Shown here piece after piece: positions 8,429 through 17,324 of a stretch of DNA of 64,000 bases; positions within the stretch are counted from its first letter, which is position 1; the number at the start of each line of letters is the position of its first letter. Origin of the DNA: an uncultured bacterium (GTDB lineage Bacteria > Bacteroidota > Rhodothermia > Rhodothermales > Rubricoccaceae); NCBI GenBank assembly GCA_947493945.1, contig CANLSR010000004.1, forward strand, positions 138,748 to 202,747. Direction: 5' to 3'. The position numbers and the translations under genes are program-made. The notes under the pieces were generated by a model. That model ran no database searches. It was not told the DNA's origin and saw nothing but the letters and a program-made list of their open reading frames with translations.

Positions 8429-9702
8429 GCTGCCGGCGGGCCGACCACGTCCAGCAGCGCCTCGGCCACGTCGCGCTTGGGGCCGAGCGGGATCTCGACG
8501 CGCGCGCCCTCGGCCGAGAGCATCGTCAGGCGGTTGGTGCCGGTGCCGAAGCCGGCGTCGGGCTCGGCGGCCGAGTTGAGCGCGATCCAGTCGAGCCGCT
8601 TGCGTGCCAGCTTGCCCCGCGCGTGGTCCTCGCCGTCGTGGGTTTCGAGGGCGAAGCCGACCAGCGTCTGGCCGTCGCGCCGGCGCTCGCCCAGGGCCGC
8701 CAGCACGTCGGGCGTGCGGCGCAGGCGGAGCACCAGGTCGTCGTCGCCCTTTTTGAGCTTTCGGTCGGTCGCGTGGGCCGGCGCGTAGTCGCTCACGGCC
8801 GCCGCGGCGATCACCACGTCGGCGTCGGCGTGGGCGAGGGCGGCGCCCAGCAGGTCGTCGGCCGTGACCACGTCGACGCGGTCCACGCCGGGCGGCGTCG
8901 CCAGCGCGACCGGCCCGGCGAGCAGCGTCACGCGCGCGCCCCGGCGGGCGGCGGCCGCGGCGATCTCGAAGCCCATCGTCCCCGTCGAGCCGTTCGACAA
9001 AAAGCGGACCGGGTCGAGGGCCTCGCGCGTGGGCCCAGCCGTGACCAGCACGTGGAGGCCCCCCAGAGGCCCAGGGCTCTCTGCCCGTGCCTCTGGCGCC
9101 CCGTCCGGGCCGAGCGCCTCGCTGGCCGAACCTTGATCGGGCCCAGGGCGCCCCAGCCACTCGCCGACCCGGGCCGCCAGCGCGGCGGGCTCGGGCAGGC
9201 GGCCGTCGCCGACCAGGCCCGACGCCAGCTCGCCGTGGGCCGGCGCCACGACCTCGACCCCGTCGGCCTGGAGCTGGCGGACATTCCGTTGGGTGGCCGG
9301 GTGGCCCCACATGTCGTGGTCCATGGCCGGCGCCACCATCACCGGGCACCGGGCCGAGAGCACGACGGCCGTCAGCATGGAGTCGCAGAACCCGCCGGCC
9401 AACTTGGCCAGCGTCTGGGCCGTCGCCGGCGCGATCACGACGCCGTCGGCCCACAGGCCCAGCTCGACGTGCTTGGTCCAGGCCGTCTGGGCGTCTCCGG
9501 CCCGGGGGAACAGCTCGCCCAGCACCTCGCGCTTGGCCAGCGTCGCGATGGTCAGCGGCGGGATAAAGCGGGCGGCGGCGGCGGTCATCACCGGCTGCAC
9601 CTCGGCGCCGGCCTTGACCAGCTGGCGGACCAGCTCGGCGGCCTTATAGGCCGCGATGCTCCCGGTGACGCCGAGGACGAGCTTTTTGCCTTCGAGCGAC
9701 AC
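8425..9702 (-). CDS. coaBC: bifunctional phosphopantothenoylcysteine decarboxylase / phosphopantothenate-cysteine ligase
   Basis: 425 aa. KKLVLGVTGSIAAYKAAELVRQL flavoprotein domain, PAMDHDMW, and C-terminal CoaB domain LVTAGPTREALDPVRFLSNGSTGTMG. Confidence 0.95.
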   Translation of the reverse strand: MSLEGKKLVLGVTGSIAAYKAAELVRQLVKAGAEVQPVMTAAAARFIPPLTIATLAKREVLGELFPRAGDAQTAWTKHVELGLWADGVVIAPATAQTLAKLAGGFCDSMLTAVVLSARCPVMVAPAMDHDMWGHPATQRNVRQLQADGVEVVAPAHGELASGLVGDGRLPEPAALAARVGEWLGRPGPDQGSASEALGPDGAPEARAESPGPLGGLHVLVTAGPTREALDPVRFLSNGSTGTMGFEIAAAAARRGARVTLLAGPVALATPPGVDRVDVVTADDLLGAALAHADADVVIAAAAVSDYAPAHATDRKLKKGDDDLVLRLRRTPDVLAALGERRRDGQTLVGFALETHDGEDHARGKLARKRLDWIALNSAAEPDAGFGTGTNRLTMLSAEGARVEIPLGPKRDVAEALLDVVGPPAA

Positions 9703-9734
9703 GGCGGCCGGGGCGGAGGTGGCGGCGCGCCGGT

Positions 9735-10040
9735 CTAGACCTCGCTGCCCGTGTTGGGGTTGCGGAAGTACAGCTCGCCCTCCAGCAGCTCCTCGATGGC
9801 CGCGCGCGTCGGCTTGGCCTGGCGCTCGTACTCGAGCGAGATCCGGAGCTGGTCCTCGTTGGAGCGGAGCTCCTCGGCGGGGTCGAGCGACAGGTCCTCG
9901 AAGTAGCTCAGGCGCTGGTCCAACTCGGCCTTGGTCTTGGAGGCGAGCTGCCGGGCGCGCTTGGAGATGATCGAGACGGTCTCGTAGAGGTTGCCGGTCT
10001 CGGCCGCCAGCTGGGCCGTGTCGAGGGTCTGGATCGCCAT
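9735..10040 (-). CDS. rpoZ: DNA-directed RNA polymerase subunit omega
   Basis: 101 aa. NLYETVSIISKRARQL motif. Classical rpoZ-gmk neighbourhood. Confidence 0.85.
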   Translation of the reverse strand: MAIQTLDTAQLAAETGNLYETVSIISKRARQLASKTKAELDQRLSYFEDLSLDPAEELRSNEDQLRISLEYERQAKPTRAAIEELLEGELYFRNPNTGSEV

Positions 10041-10170
10041 GGGGTCGGGGGTCGGTGTGGAGCGCAGAGCAGAACAGGCTACGCCCGGAGGGCGCCGCAG
10101 ACCGCTAAGAAGGGGGGAAGCCCACGCGCCGCTGGCGCCAGCCGTCGGAGGCCGGGCGTCTCCGGCGGCG

Positions 10171-10749
10171 CTAGGCCCCGGCCGGCTCCTCCAGGAACGC
10201 GCGGACGTGGGCGACGGTCTCGGCCACGGCCGCGTCCAGGTCGTCGTTGACCACCACCACGTCGAACTCGTGCGCCATCGCGATCTCCATCTCGGCCCGC
10301 TCTAGGCGCACCGCGATCCGCTCGTCGTCCTCGGTCCCGCGCGCCTGGAGGCGGGTGGCCAGCGCGGCCAGGCTCGGCGGCTGGACGAACAGCGTACGCG
10401 CGGCGTCGCCGTAGAGCCGCTTGATGTTGACGGCCCCCTTGACGTCGATGTCGAGCACCACCGCGCGCACGTCGGCGCGCGCGGCGAGCGCTTCCAGCTC
10501 GGGCCGGAGCGTGCCGTAGAGGCGCCCGGGGTACACCTCCTGGTGCTCCAGGAACTCGCCGGCCGCCAGCCGCGACGCGAACTCCTCGGGCGTGAGGAAG
10601 TGGTAGTGCACGTCGTCGGCCTCGCCGGCGCGGGCGGGCCGCGTGGTCGCGCTCACCGAGAACCGCAGGCCCGGCACCTCGGCCATCAGCCGCCGCGCGA
10701 TGGTCGTCTTGCCGGCGCCGCTGGGAGCGGTGAGAACGAGGAGCTTCAT
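10171..10749 (-). CDS. gmk: guanylate kinase
   Basis: Starts MKLLVLTAPSGAGKTTIARRL (P-loop), followed by SVSATTRPAR and YHF. The longer track ORF upstream is low-complexity shadow. Confidence 0.9.
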   Translation of the reverse strand: MKLLVLTAPSGAGKTTIARRLMAEVPGLRFSVSATTRPARAGEADDVHYHFLTPEEFASRLAAGEFLEHQEVYPGRLYGTLRPELEALAARADVRAVVLDIDVKGAVNIKRLYGDAARTLFVQPPSLAALATRLQARGTEDDERIAVRLERAEMEIAMAHEFDVVVVNDDLDAAVAETVAHVRAFLEEPAGA

Positions 10750-10808
10750 AGGGGGAGAGATGGGGGACGGGGGACGAGGGGGCCGGTCCCTTGTCCCCCG
10801 CCCCTCGT

Positions 10809-11699
10809 TCACACGACGTTCTGGACCTGCTCGCGGATCTTCTCCACCTCCTCCTTCATCGAGACCGCCAGCCGAGTGATCTCGGCGTCGTTGGCCTTCG
10901 ACCCGACCGTGTTGACCTCGCGGCCGATCTCCTGGGACAGGAAGTTGAGCCGCCGCCCGACGGGCTCCTCGACCGGGGCCGCGGCCCCGAGCGACTGGCG
11001 GAACTGGTCGAGGTGCGACCGCAGGCGCACGACCTCCTCGGTGACGTCGAGCTTGTCGGCCAGGAGCACGGCCTCGGCCTCCAGCCGGCCCGGGTCCAGC
11101 GACGCGTCGGCCAGCTCCGCCAGCCGGTCGCGGAGCCGCTGCCTCGCCTGGTCGAGCCGCTGGGGCGCGCGCGCGTCGACGGCGGCGGCGGCGGCCTCGA
11201 CGGCGTCGGCCCGAGCGGCCAGGTCGTCTCGGAGCGCGGCGCCCTCGGCCTGGCGCATGGCCTCCAGGCGGCCGAGCGCGTCGGCCAGCGCGGCCTGGAC
11301 GGCGGCCCAGGCGTCGGGGTCGTCTTCGCCCGCGCGGTCGTCGGGGACCAGCACGCGGCCCGCGCGCAGCACGTCGTCCAGCCGGACCGAGTCGGGAGGC
11401 AGGCCGGCCGCCTGGGCGGCGTCGCGCAAGAGGGCGCCGACGGCCTGGGCCGCAGCGCGGTCGAGCCTCAGGCCCGTGCCCGCCGCGTCCGTCGTCACCG
11501 ACACGAGGACGGTCGCCGTGCCCCGGCCGATGGCCTCCTTGACCGCCCGCTGGACCTCGGCCTCGTGGCCCGCCAGCGGCCCGAGCCCGCGCACCGTCGC
11601 CTCGGCGTAGCGCCCGTTGACGGTGCGGACCTCGACGGTCGCCTCGGCGGCGTCCACGCGTGCGGTCCCGCGTCCAAATCCGGTCATGCTGCGGAGCAT
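10809..11699 (-). CDS. yicC: YicC-family stress-induced protein
   Basis: 296 aa. MLRSMTGFGRG start and C-terminal DUF1732-like EIGREVNTVGSKAND. Confidence 0.9.
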   Translation of the reverse strand: MLRSMTGFGRGTARVDAAEATVEVRTVNGRYAEATVRGLGPLAGHEAEVQRAVKEAIGRGTATVLVSVTTDAAGTGLRLDRAAAQAVGALLRDAAQAAGLPPDSVRLDDVLRAGRVLVPDDRAGEDDPDAWAAVQAALADALGRLEAMRQAEGAALRDDLAARADAVEAAAAAVDARAPQRLDQARQRLRDRLAELADASLDPGRLEAEAVLLADKLDVTEEVVRLRSHLDQFRQSLGAAAPVEEPVGRRLNFLSQEIGREVNTVGSKANDAEITRLAVSMKEEVEKIREQVQNVV

Positions 11700-11871
11700 C
11701 GGGGGCCGTCGTGGGGTGGTGAATGACGAGGCGCCAAACTACGTCCCGCCCCAGCGGAGCCGCTGTCAAGGTGACGCGCGGTCCGGACCCGCGGCACCGG
11801 CCGGGAGCCCGTCGCCCCGCTGGCGGTACCTGTCGGCGAGGCCCCCGCTTTGTCCCTCCCCGTTCCCCGAC

Positions 11872-11898
11872 GTCCCCGATGTCCCCGATGTCCCCGCG
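11872..11898. repeat. 9-bp tandem repeat x3 (GTCCCCGAT GTCCCCGAT GTCCCCGCG)
   Basis: Read directly from the sequence. It spans the two candidate ATGs of the downstream esterase (MSPMSPRL). Confidence 0.85.
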
Positions 11899-12604
11899 TC
11901 TCGCCTTCGCCCTGGCGCTCTCGGTCGCCACGCCCGCCCTCGCCCAAGCGCCCGGCGCCCCGTTCTCGGCGCACGCGCTCCGCGACACCCTCCGCCAGCC
12001 GGTCGGGCTGGAGTACCTCGTCGCCTTGCCCGACGGCTACGAGGACGGGGACCAGAGCTGGCCGCTGCTCCTGTTCCTGCACGGCGCCGGCGAGCGCGGC
12101 GACGACCTGAGCCGCGTGGCGGTCCACGGCCCGACGCGGCGGGTGGCCGAGGGCGAGCGCTTCCCGTTCATCCTCGTCGCGCCCCAGGCCCCCGAGGGCA
12201 CGTGGTGGGACGCCCGCGAGCTGGGCGCGCTCCTGGACGAGGTGGAGCGGGCGTACCGCGTGGACCCCGACCGCGTGATGGTGACGGGCCTGAGCATGGG
12301 CGGCTTCGGCGCGTGGTCGTTGGCCGAGGCCTTCCCCGACCGCTTCGCGGCCGTCGCGCCGGTCTGTGGCGGAGGCACGCCGGGCCGCGTCTGCGCCGCC
12401 GCCGACGTCCCCATCTGGGCCTTCCACGGTGCCCTCGACGACGTGGTGCCGGTCGAGCGGTCGCTCGAAATGGTCCAGCGGCTCAGGCGGTGCGGCGGCC
12501 ACGTCCGCCTGACGCTCTACCCCGACGCCGGCCACGACAGCTGGACCGAGACGTACGCGAACCCCGCTCTCTACGACTGGCTCCTGGCCCAACGCCGGGA
12601 GTAG
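11879..12604 (+). CDS. secreted alpha/beta-hydrolase (carboxylesterase / PHB-depolymerase-like)
   Basis: Signal peptide MSPMSPRLAFALALSVATPALAQA, LLFLHGAGERGDD, nucleophile elbow GLSMGGFGAW, HGALDDVVP and AGHDSW. The upstream part of the track ORF looks non-coding. Confidence 0.75.
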   Translation: MSPMSPRLAFALALSVATPALAQAPGAPFSAHALRDTLRQPVGLEYLVALPDGYEDGDQSWPLLLFLHGAGERGDDLSRVAVHGPTRRVAEGERFPFILVAPQAPEGTWWDARELGALLDEVERAYRVDPDRVMVTGLSMGGFGAWSLAEAFPDRFAAVAPVCGGGTPGRVCAAADVPIWAFHGALDDVVPVERSLEMVQRLRRCGGHVRLTLYPDAGHDSWTETYANPALYDWLLAQRRE

Positions 12605-12706
12605 CGGCGGGAGGTCGGGGCGGCGCTTCGGGGTCGGTCGCGCGTTGGGCCGCCGGCCTCGCCAGCGGCCGCCGCCAGCGCTCGGCGGGCCGCCCGCGCC
12701 TCCCCG

Positions 12707-14056
12707 TCAGCGGCCGAGCGCGGCGCCGTGGCTACGGACGATCTCGGCGTAGGCGCGGGCGCTGTCCTTGGGCGTCCGCGCCAGCGTCTCGTAGTCCACG
12801 TGGACCAGGCCGAAGCGCTTGGTGTAGCCGTGCGCCCACTCGAAGTTGTCCAGCAGGCTCCACGCGAAGTAGCCGCGCACGTCGGCGCCCCGCGCGATGG
12901 CGTCGCCGACGGCGCCGACGTGGTCGCGGAGGTACCGCACGCGCAACGGGTCGTGGACGCGCCCGCTGTGTGCCCGGGGCGGGTCGTAAAAGGCGGCGCC
13001 GTTCTCGGTGACCCAGAGCGGCGGCCCGCCATACGTCTCGGCCACCCAGAGCAGCGTGTCGGTCAGGCCGGGCGGGTGCACCTCCCAGCCCATCTCGGTG
13101 TAGGTGCTGCCCGGCTGGCGGACCGTCTCGGCGCGCGCCGGCCACGCGCCGGGCGCGTCGCGGACGGTCTCGCGGAGGTAGTAGTTGACGCCCACGAAGT
13201 CGGGCCGGGCGGACGCGATCCGGGCGAGGTCGGCGGCGGGGAAGTCGGGCCAGGCCCGGCCGAACATCTCCGCCATCTCCTCGGGGTAGCGGCCCCGGAA
13301 CAGCGGGTCCAGAAACAGGCGGTTGAGGTAGGCGTCGGCGCGGCGGGCGGCGGCCTGGTCCCCGGGCGTGTCGGTCGCGGGCACGCGGGGCGTGAGGTTG
13401 ACCACGATGCCCACCTCGCCGGCGCCGGCCGCGCGCGCGGCCTCCGCCCCGGCGGCGTGCGCCAGCAGGAGGTGGTGGGCCACGCGCGGCGCCTCGAACG
13501 CGTTGCGGTGGCCGGGCGCGAGGTCGCCCGTCACGTAGCCGTCGTGGAAGCTGACCCAGGGCTCGTTCAGCGTCGTCCAGGCGTCGACGCGGTCGCCCAG
13601 GCGGCGGACGACGGCGTCGGCGTAGTCGGCGAACCAGCCGGCGGCGTCGGGGTTGAGCCAGCCGCCGCGGTCGTCGAGCGCCGCCGGCAGGTCCCAGTGG
13701 TAGAGCGTCGGGAACGGGCGGATGCCGCGCTCCAGCAGCCCGTCCACCAGCCGGTCGTAGAACGCCAGGCCGGCCGGGTTGAGCGGTCCCGTCCCTTGGG
13801 GAAACACGCGGCCCCAGGCGACGCTGAAGCGGTAGGCGTCGAGCCCGAGGCCCGCCATCAGGTCCAGGTCGCCGCGCCACTGGCGGTAGTGGTCGCAGGC
13901 GACGTCGCCCGTCGCGCCGTCGGCCGTGCGGCCGGGCGTGTGGGCGAACCGGTGCCAGATCGACGCGCCGGCGCCGTCGGCCAGCGGCGAGCCCTCGATC
14001 TGGTAGGCGGACGTGGCGGCGCCCCAGGCGAACGACGGCGGAAACGGAGACGGCAT
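12707..14056 (-). CDS. bglA: GH1 beta-glucosidase
   Basis: 449 aa. FAWGAATSAYQIEG, acid/base TLNEPW, nucleophile VTENGAAF. Confidence 0.95.
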   Translation of the reverse strand: MPSPFPPSFAWGAATSAYQIEGSPLADGAGASIWHRFAHTPGRTADGATGDVACDHYRQWRGDLDLMAGLGLDAYRFSVAWGRVFPQGTGPLNPAGLAFYDRLVDGLLERGIRPFPTLYHWDLPAALDDRGGWLNPDAAGWFADYADAVVRRLGDRVDAWTTLNEPWVSFHDGYVTGDLAPGHRNAFEAPRVAHHLLLAHAAGAEAARAAGAGEVGIVVNLTPRVPATDTPGDQAAARRADAYLNRLFLDPLFRGRYPEEMAEMFGRAWPDFPAADLARIASARPDFVGVNYYLRETVRDAPGAWPARAETVRQPGSTYTEMGWEVHPPGLTDTLLWVAETYGGPPLWVTENGAAFYDPPRAHSGRVHDPLRVRYLRDHVGAVGDAIARGADVRGYFAWSLLDNFEWAHGYTKRFGLVHVDYETLARTPKDSARAYAEIVRSHGAALGR

Positions 14057-14069
14057 GCGGGTGTGGGGG

Positions 14070-16565
14070 TCAGTAGAGGCCGACGGGGTCGACGTCGAGG
14101 TTGACGCGGTGGCCCGACGGCATCCGCACGCTGGCCTCGGCCGCCTCGACGACGGCCGCCAGGACGGACGCCGGCAGCGTGCGCGGGGCCTTGACGATGA
14201 TCTGGAACCGCCACCACTTTTTGATCCGCCCGATCAGCGCCGGGATCGGCCCCAGCACGTCGACGCCGGCCACCCTGCCCGCCTCGGTACGGAGCGCCGC
14301 GCCCCAGCGCTCGGCCAGCTGGCGGGTCGAGCCCTCGTGCGGTCCCTTGACCTCGACGCCGATCATCCGGCCGTACGGCGGGTAGCCCAGGGCCAGCCGC
14401 TCCGCGAGCTCGCCGACGGCGAAGCCGTGGAAGTCGTGCGCCAGGGCGTACTGGATGGCGGGGTGCTCCGGGTTGCGGGTCTGGAGCAGCACCTCGCCTT
14501 CGAGCTCGTGGCGCCCGGCGCGGCCGGCCACCTGGGCCAGCAGCTGGAACGTCCGCTCGGCGGCGCGGAAGTCGGGCAGCAGCATCCCGGTGTCGGCCTC
14601 GACCACGCCCACCAGCGTCACGCGCGGGAAGTCGAGGCCCTTGGCCACCATCTGGGTGCCCAAGAGGATGTCGGCGTCGCCTCGGCCGAAGGCGTCCAGG
14701 ATCTTGCGGTGGGCGCCCCGGCGCGAGGTGGTGTCGAGGTCCATCCGCAGCACGCGGGCCGTGGGGAACACCTCGGCGATCTCGTCCTCGACGCGCTGGG
14801 TGCCGGCGCCCAGCATCCTGAGGTCGTCGGCGCCGCAGTCGGGGCACGGGTGGGGCACGTGCTGCGCCCAGCCGCAGTAGTGGCACCGCATCCGCCCCCC
14901 GCCCGGGCCGCCCTTGTGGACGGTGAGCGTGACGGCGCAGTGGGGGCACGTCGGCGTCCAGCCGCAGTCCTCGCACGTCAGCACCGGCGCGAAGCCGCGG
15001 CGGTTTTGCAGCAAGATGGTCTGCTCGCCTTTCTGCAAACGGTCCTCCATGGCCAGCCGCAGCTCGTGGCTCAGCGCCCCCTTGAGCCGGCGCACCTTCT
15101 TCTCGCGCGCCAGGTCCAGCACGCGGACCGGCGGCAGCGGCGCCGGCTGGCGGAGCGTGCCGCCAGCGGCGCGGACGGGCACGCGCTCGGGCATCTCCAG
15201 CCGCGTGTACTTGCCGGCGTTGGCGTTGGCGACGGACTCCATCGACGGCGTGGCGCTGCCCAGCACGCACACGGCGCCGGCCCGGTGGGCGCGCATCACG
15301 GCCACGTCGCGGGCGTGGTAGCGCGGCGCCGGGTCGAACTGCTTGTAGCTCGCCTCGTGCTCCTCGTCGACCACGATGAGGCCGATGTTTTCGAGCGGCG
15401 CGAACACCGCCGAGCGCGGGCCGATGACGATGGGGTAGACGCCGTCGCGGATGCGGGTCCAGGCGTCGAGCCGCTCGCCGGCGCTCATGCGGCTGTGCAG
15501 GACCGCCACGCGGTCGCCAAAGTGGGACCGGAAGCGGCGGACGGTCTGGGGCGTGAGCGCGATCTCGGGGACGAGCACGATCGCCGTCCGCCCCAGCGCG
15601 AGGGTGGCGCGCAGGGCGCGGAGGTAGACCTCGGTCTTGCCCGAGCCGGTGACGCCGTGGAGCAGGAACGTCTCGGCCCGGCCGGCGCCGACGGCGTCCA
15701 CGACCGCTTCCAGCGCGCTGACCTGGGCCGGGTGCAAATCCAGGGCCGGCGCCGCGACCGCGACCTCGCCGTCGAGCCCGTCGGCGCGGCGCTCGACCTC
15801 GGCGTCGAACGCCTCCACGAGCCCGCGCGCTTGCAGGCTTTTGACCGTGCTGCTGGCGGCGCCGGTGGCCGAGAGCGCGTCGGCCTGGAGGACGCCGTCG
15901 GCGCCAGGCTGGCCGTCGCCGGCGGCGGCGAGGTACTCCAAAAGCGCCTGCTGCTTGGCGCCCCGGACCGGCTCGGCCTCGCCGGCGCGCTCCGCCAGCC
16001 GCAGGTGGCGGGCGGTCTTGGCACGCGCCCGCGCCTCTTGCACCTCGGCGTCGACGCGGAGCACGCCGGCGGCCTCCATCCGCCGCAACAGGTTCTGGGG
16101 CACCGTCTTGCGGCCGAGCACGTCGGCGATCTGGGCGACGGGGAGTCCGCTCCCGTTCTTCTCGGCGAGCGCGCGCAGGATCTTGCGCCCGCGCGGGTCG
16201 TCGGCCCAGGCGTCGGGCGGGGCGGTGGCGTGGACCACGCGGTGGCCCTCGACCTCGGTGCCGCTGGGCAGCGCCGCCTTGACGGCCTCGCCCCAGGCGC
16301 ACAGGTAGTAGTCGGCGGTCCACCGCGTCAGCGCCAGCAGCTCGGGCGTGAGCGCGGGCCGGGCGTCCAGGACGTCGTGGAGCGGCTTGAGCCCCTCGGC
16401 GCTCCCCTCGACCCGCTCGGCGACGACGCCGGTGATCTGGCGCCGCCCGAACGGGACCAGCACCCGGGCGCCGGCCACGGCCTCGGCCTCCATGCCCGCC
16501 GGCACGCGGTAGGTGTAGACGCCCGCGACGGACGTGAGCGGGACGACGTGGGCGAGCGCGGGCAT
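14070..16565 (-). CDS. priA: primosomal protein N' (replication restart helicase PriA)
   Basis: 831 aa. Walker A GVTGSGKTEVY, DEEH box, Cys-rich zinc region CEDCGWTPTCPHC...CHYCGW...CPDCG. Confidence 0.95.
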   Translation of the reverse strand: MPALAHVVPLTSVAGVYTYRVPAGMEAEAVAGARVLVPFGRRQITGVVAERVEGSAEGLKPLHDVLDARPALTPELLALTRWTADYYLCAWGEAVKAALPSGTEVEGHRVVHATAPPDAWADDPRGRKILRALAEKNGSGLPVAQIADVLGRKTVPQNLLRRMEAAGVLRVDAEVQEARARAKTARHLRLAERAGEAEPVRGAKQQALLEYLAAAGDGQPGADGVLQADALSATGAASSTVKSLQARGLVEAFDAEVERRADGLDGEVAVAAPALDLHPAQVSALEAVVDAVGAGRAETFLLHGVTGSGKTEVYLRALRATLALGRTAIVLVPEIALTPQTVRRFRSHFGDRVAVLHSRMSAGERLDAWTRIRDGVYPIVIGPRSAVFAPLENIGLIVVDEEHEASYKQFDPAPRYHARDVAVMRAHRAGAVCVLGSATPSMESVANANAGKYTRLEMPERVPVRAAGGTLRQPAPLPPVRVLDLAREKKVRRLKGALSHELRLAMEDRLQKGEQTILLQNRRGFAPVLTCEDCGWTPTCPHCAVTLTVHKGGPGGGRMRCHYCGWAQHVPHPCPDCGADDLRMLGAGTQRVEDEIAEVFPTARVLRMDLDTTSRRGAHRKILDAFGRGDADILLGTQMVAKGLDFPRVTLVGVVEADTGMLLPDFRAAERTFQLLAQVAGRAGRHELEGEVLLQTRNPEHPAIQYALAHDFHGFAVGELAERLALGYPPYGRMIGVEVKGPHEGSTRQLAERWGAALRTEAGRVAGVDVLGPIPALIGRIKKWWRFQIIVKAPRTLPASVLAAVVEAAEASVRMPSGHRVNLDVDPVGLY

Positions 16566-16609
16566 GGGTCCAAGCTAGCCCGACCGCGGCGCCGGTCCCG
16601 GGCCCGCCG

Positions 16610-16638
16610 CCCGCTGGCGGGGCGCCTCCGCCAGCGGG
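16610..16638. repeat. REP family 1 (CCCGCTGGCGG-loop-CCGCCAGCGGG)
   Basis: 11-bp perfect stem, 15 nt downstream of the RAYT stop. Confidence 0.85.
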
Positions 16639-16652
16639 CGGCGCCCGTGGGT

Positions 16653-17210
16653 TCAGGCGCGGTGGCCGTCGCGGCGCTCGCCGCGCGAGGCCCAGCGCGC
16701 GGGGTTCTCGGCGACGGAGCGGCGGATGGCCTCGGCCTCGCGGTCGGTCCGGACGACGCGGTCGTAGTAGCCGCGCTGCCATACCGTGCCGACCGTCGCC
16801 ATTCCACGCCTACGTACGCCGCGGGTGACGGCGCCCTTGTACCCACGGATGACCGCGCCGACGGATCTTGATGGCGACCCAAACCGCCGATTCTCGCTCG
16901 TAGGGGCGTATTGCAATACGCCCCTACCGCTGCCTGGCGGGACCGCGGTGGCACCCGGCTCGGCAATCCCGAACAGCAGGTGCACATGGTCGGGCATCAC
17001 CACGAACGCGTCCAGGATCACGTCGGGCCAGACGACACCCGTCTGCATCCACTCGTTGTGGGCGATCTGCCCGGCGGCCGACCGCTGCATCTGACCGCCC
17101 ACGACCGTTCACAACAGAGGGCGCCGTTCCGCCGTGCAGACGGTCACGAAATGCAGCCCGCCGCGGTAGTCGTGGGCGTGCAGGCGGACCGAACGGCGGC
17201 GGAGCGGCAT
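16653..17210 (-). pseudogene. REP-associated tyrosine transposase (RAYT, IS200/IS605 Y1 family) interrupted by an in-frame TGA
   Basis: From the ATG at 17210 the frame reads MPLRRRSVRLHAHDYRGGLHFVTVCTAERRPLL, then TGA (17111-17109). The same frame continues TVVGGQMQRS...FVVMPDHVHLL (HUH motif)...WQRGYYDRVVR (catalytic Tyr region). The track ORF 16653..17102 is only the distal part. Confidence 0.8.
16900..16927. repeat. 28-bp perfect palindrome inside the RAYT ORF (GTAGGGGCGTATTGCAATACGCCCCTAC)
   Basis: Self-complementary as read, with an AT-rich core in a very GC-rich context. It encodes GVLQYAPT between the HUH and Tyr motifs. Confidence 0.9.
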
Positions 17211-17252
17211 GCCCGACAGACCCCGCCGCGCCCGTCCGCCCAACCCCGCCGC

Positions 17253-17275
17253 CCGCTGGCGGACGTTCTCCGACC
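17253..17275. repeat. REP family 1, partial copy (intact left arm, decayed right arm)
   Basis: CCGCTGGCGGAcgttcTCCGaCC. Confidence 0.4.
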
Positions 17276-17297
17276 CGCGACGGCAGGCTTCACCTCG

Positions 17298-17322
17298 CGC
17301 TGGCGGACGGCGCCCGCCAGCG
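17298..17322. repeat. REP family 1
   Basis: CGCTGGCGGacggcgcCCGCCAGCG. It lies between the RAYT start and the stop of the next gene, whose stop codon follows immediately. Confidence 0.85.
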
Positions 17323-17324
17323 GG

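Larger units (their letters stand above)
16610..17322 (-). mobile_element. RAYT locus flanked by REP palindromes (REPtron-like unit)
   Basis: The Y1-transposase-family gene (16653..17210) is bracketed by REP copies at 16610-16638 and 17298-17322, plus a partial copy at 17253-17275. Confidence 0.7.

Noticed and set aside
10131-10142. The 12-bp perfect palindrome GCTGGCGCCAGC between rpoZ and gmk, as a REP copy or protein-binding site.
   Set aside because: It consists of two REP-like half sites fused without a loop, is only 12 bp, and is plausible by chance in this composition. It is not counted as a family member.
17109-17111. The in-frame TGA in the RAYT gene as selenocysteine or programmed recoding.
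   Set aside because: I could not see an obvious SECIS-like hairpin immediately downstream. The position aligns with a non-catalytic residue, and Y1 transposases are not known selenoproteins. A nonsense mutation or a sequencing error is more parsimonious.
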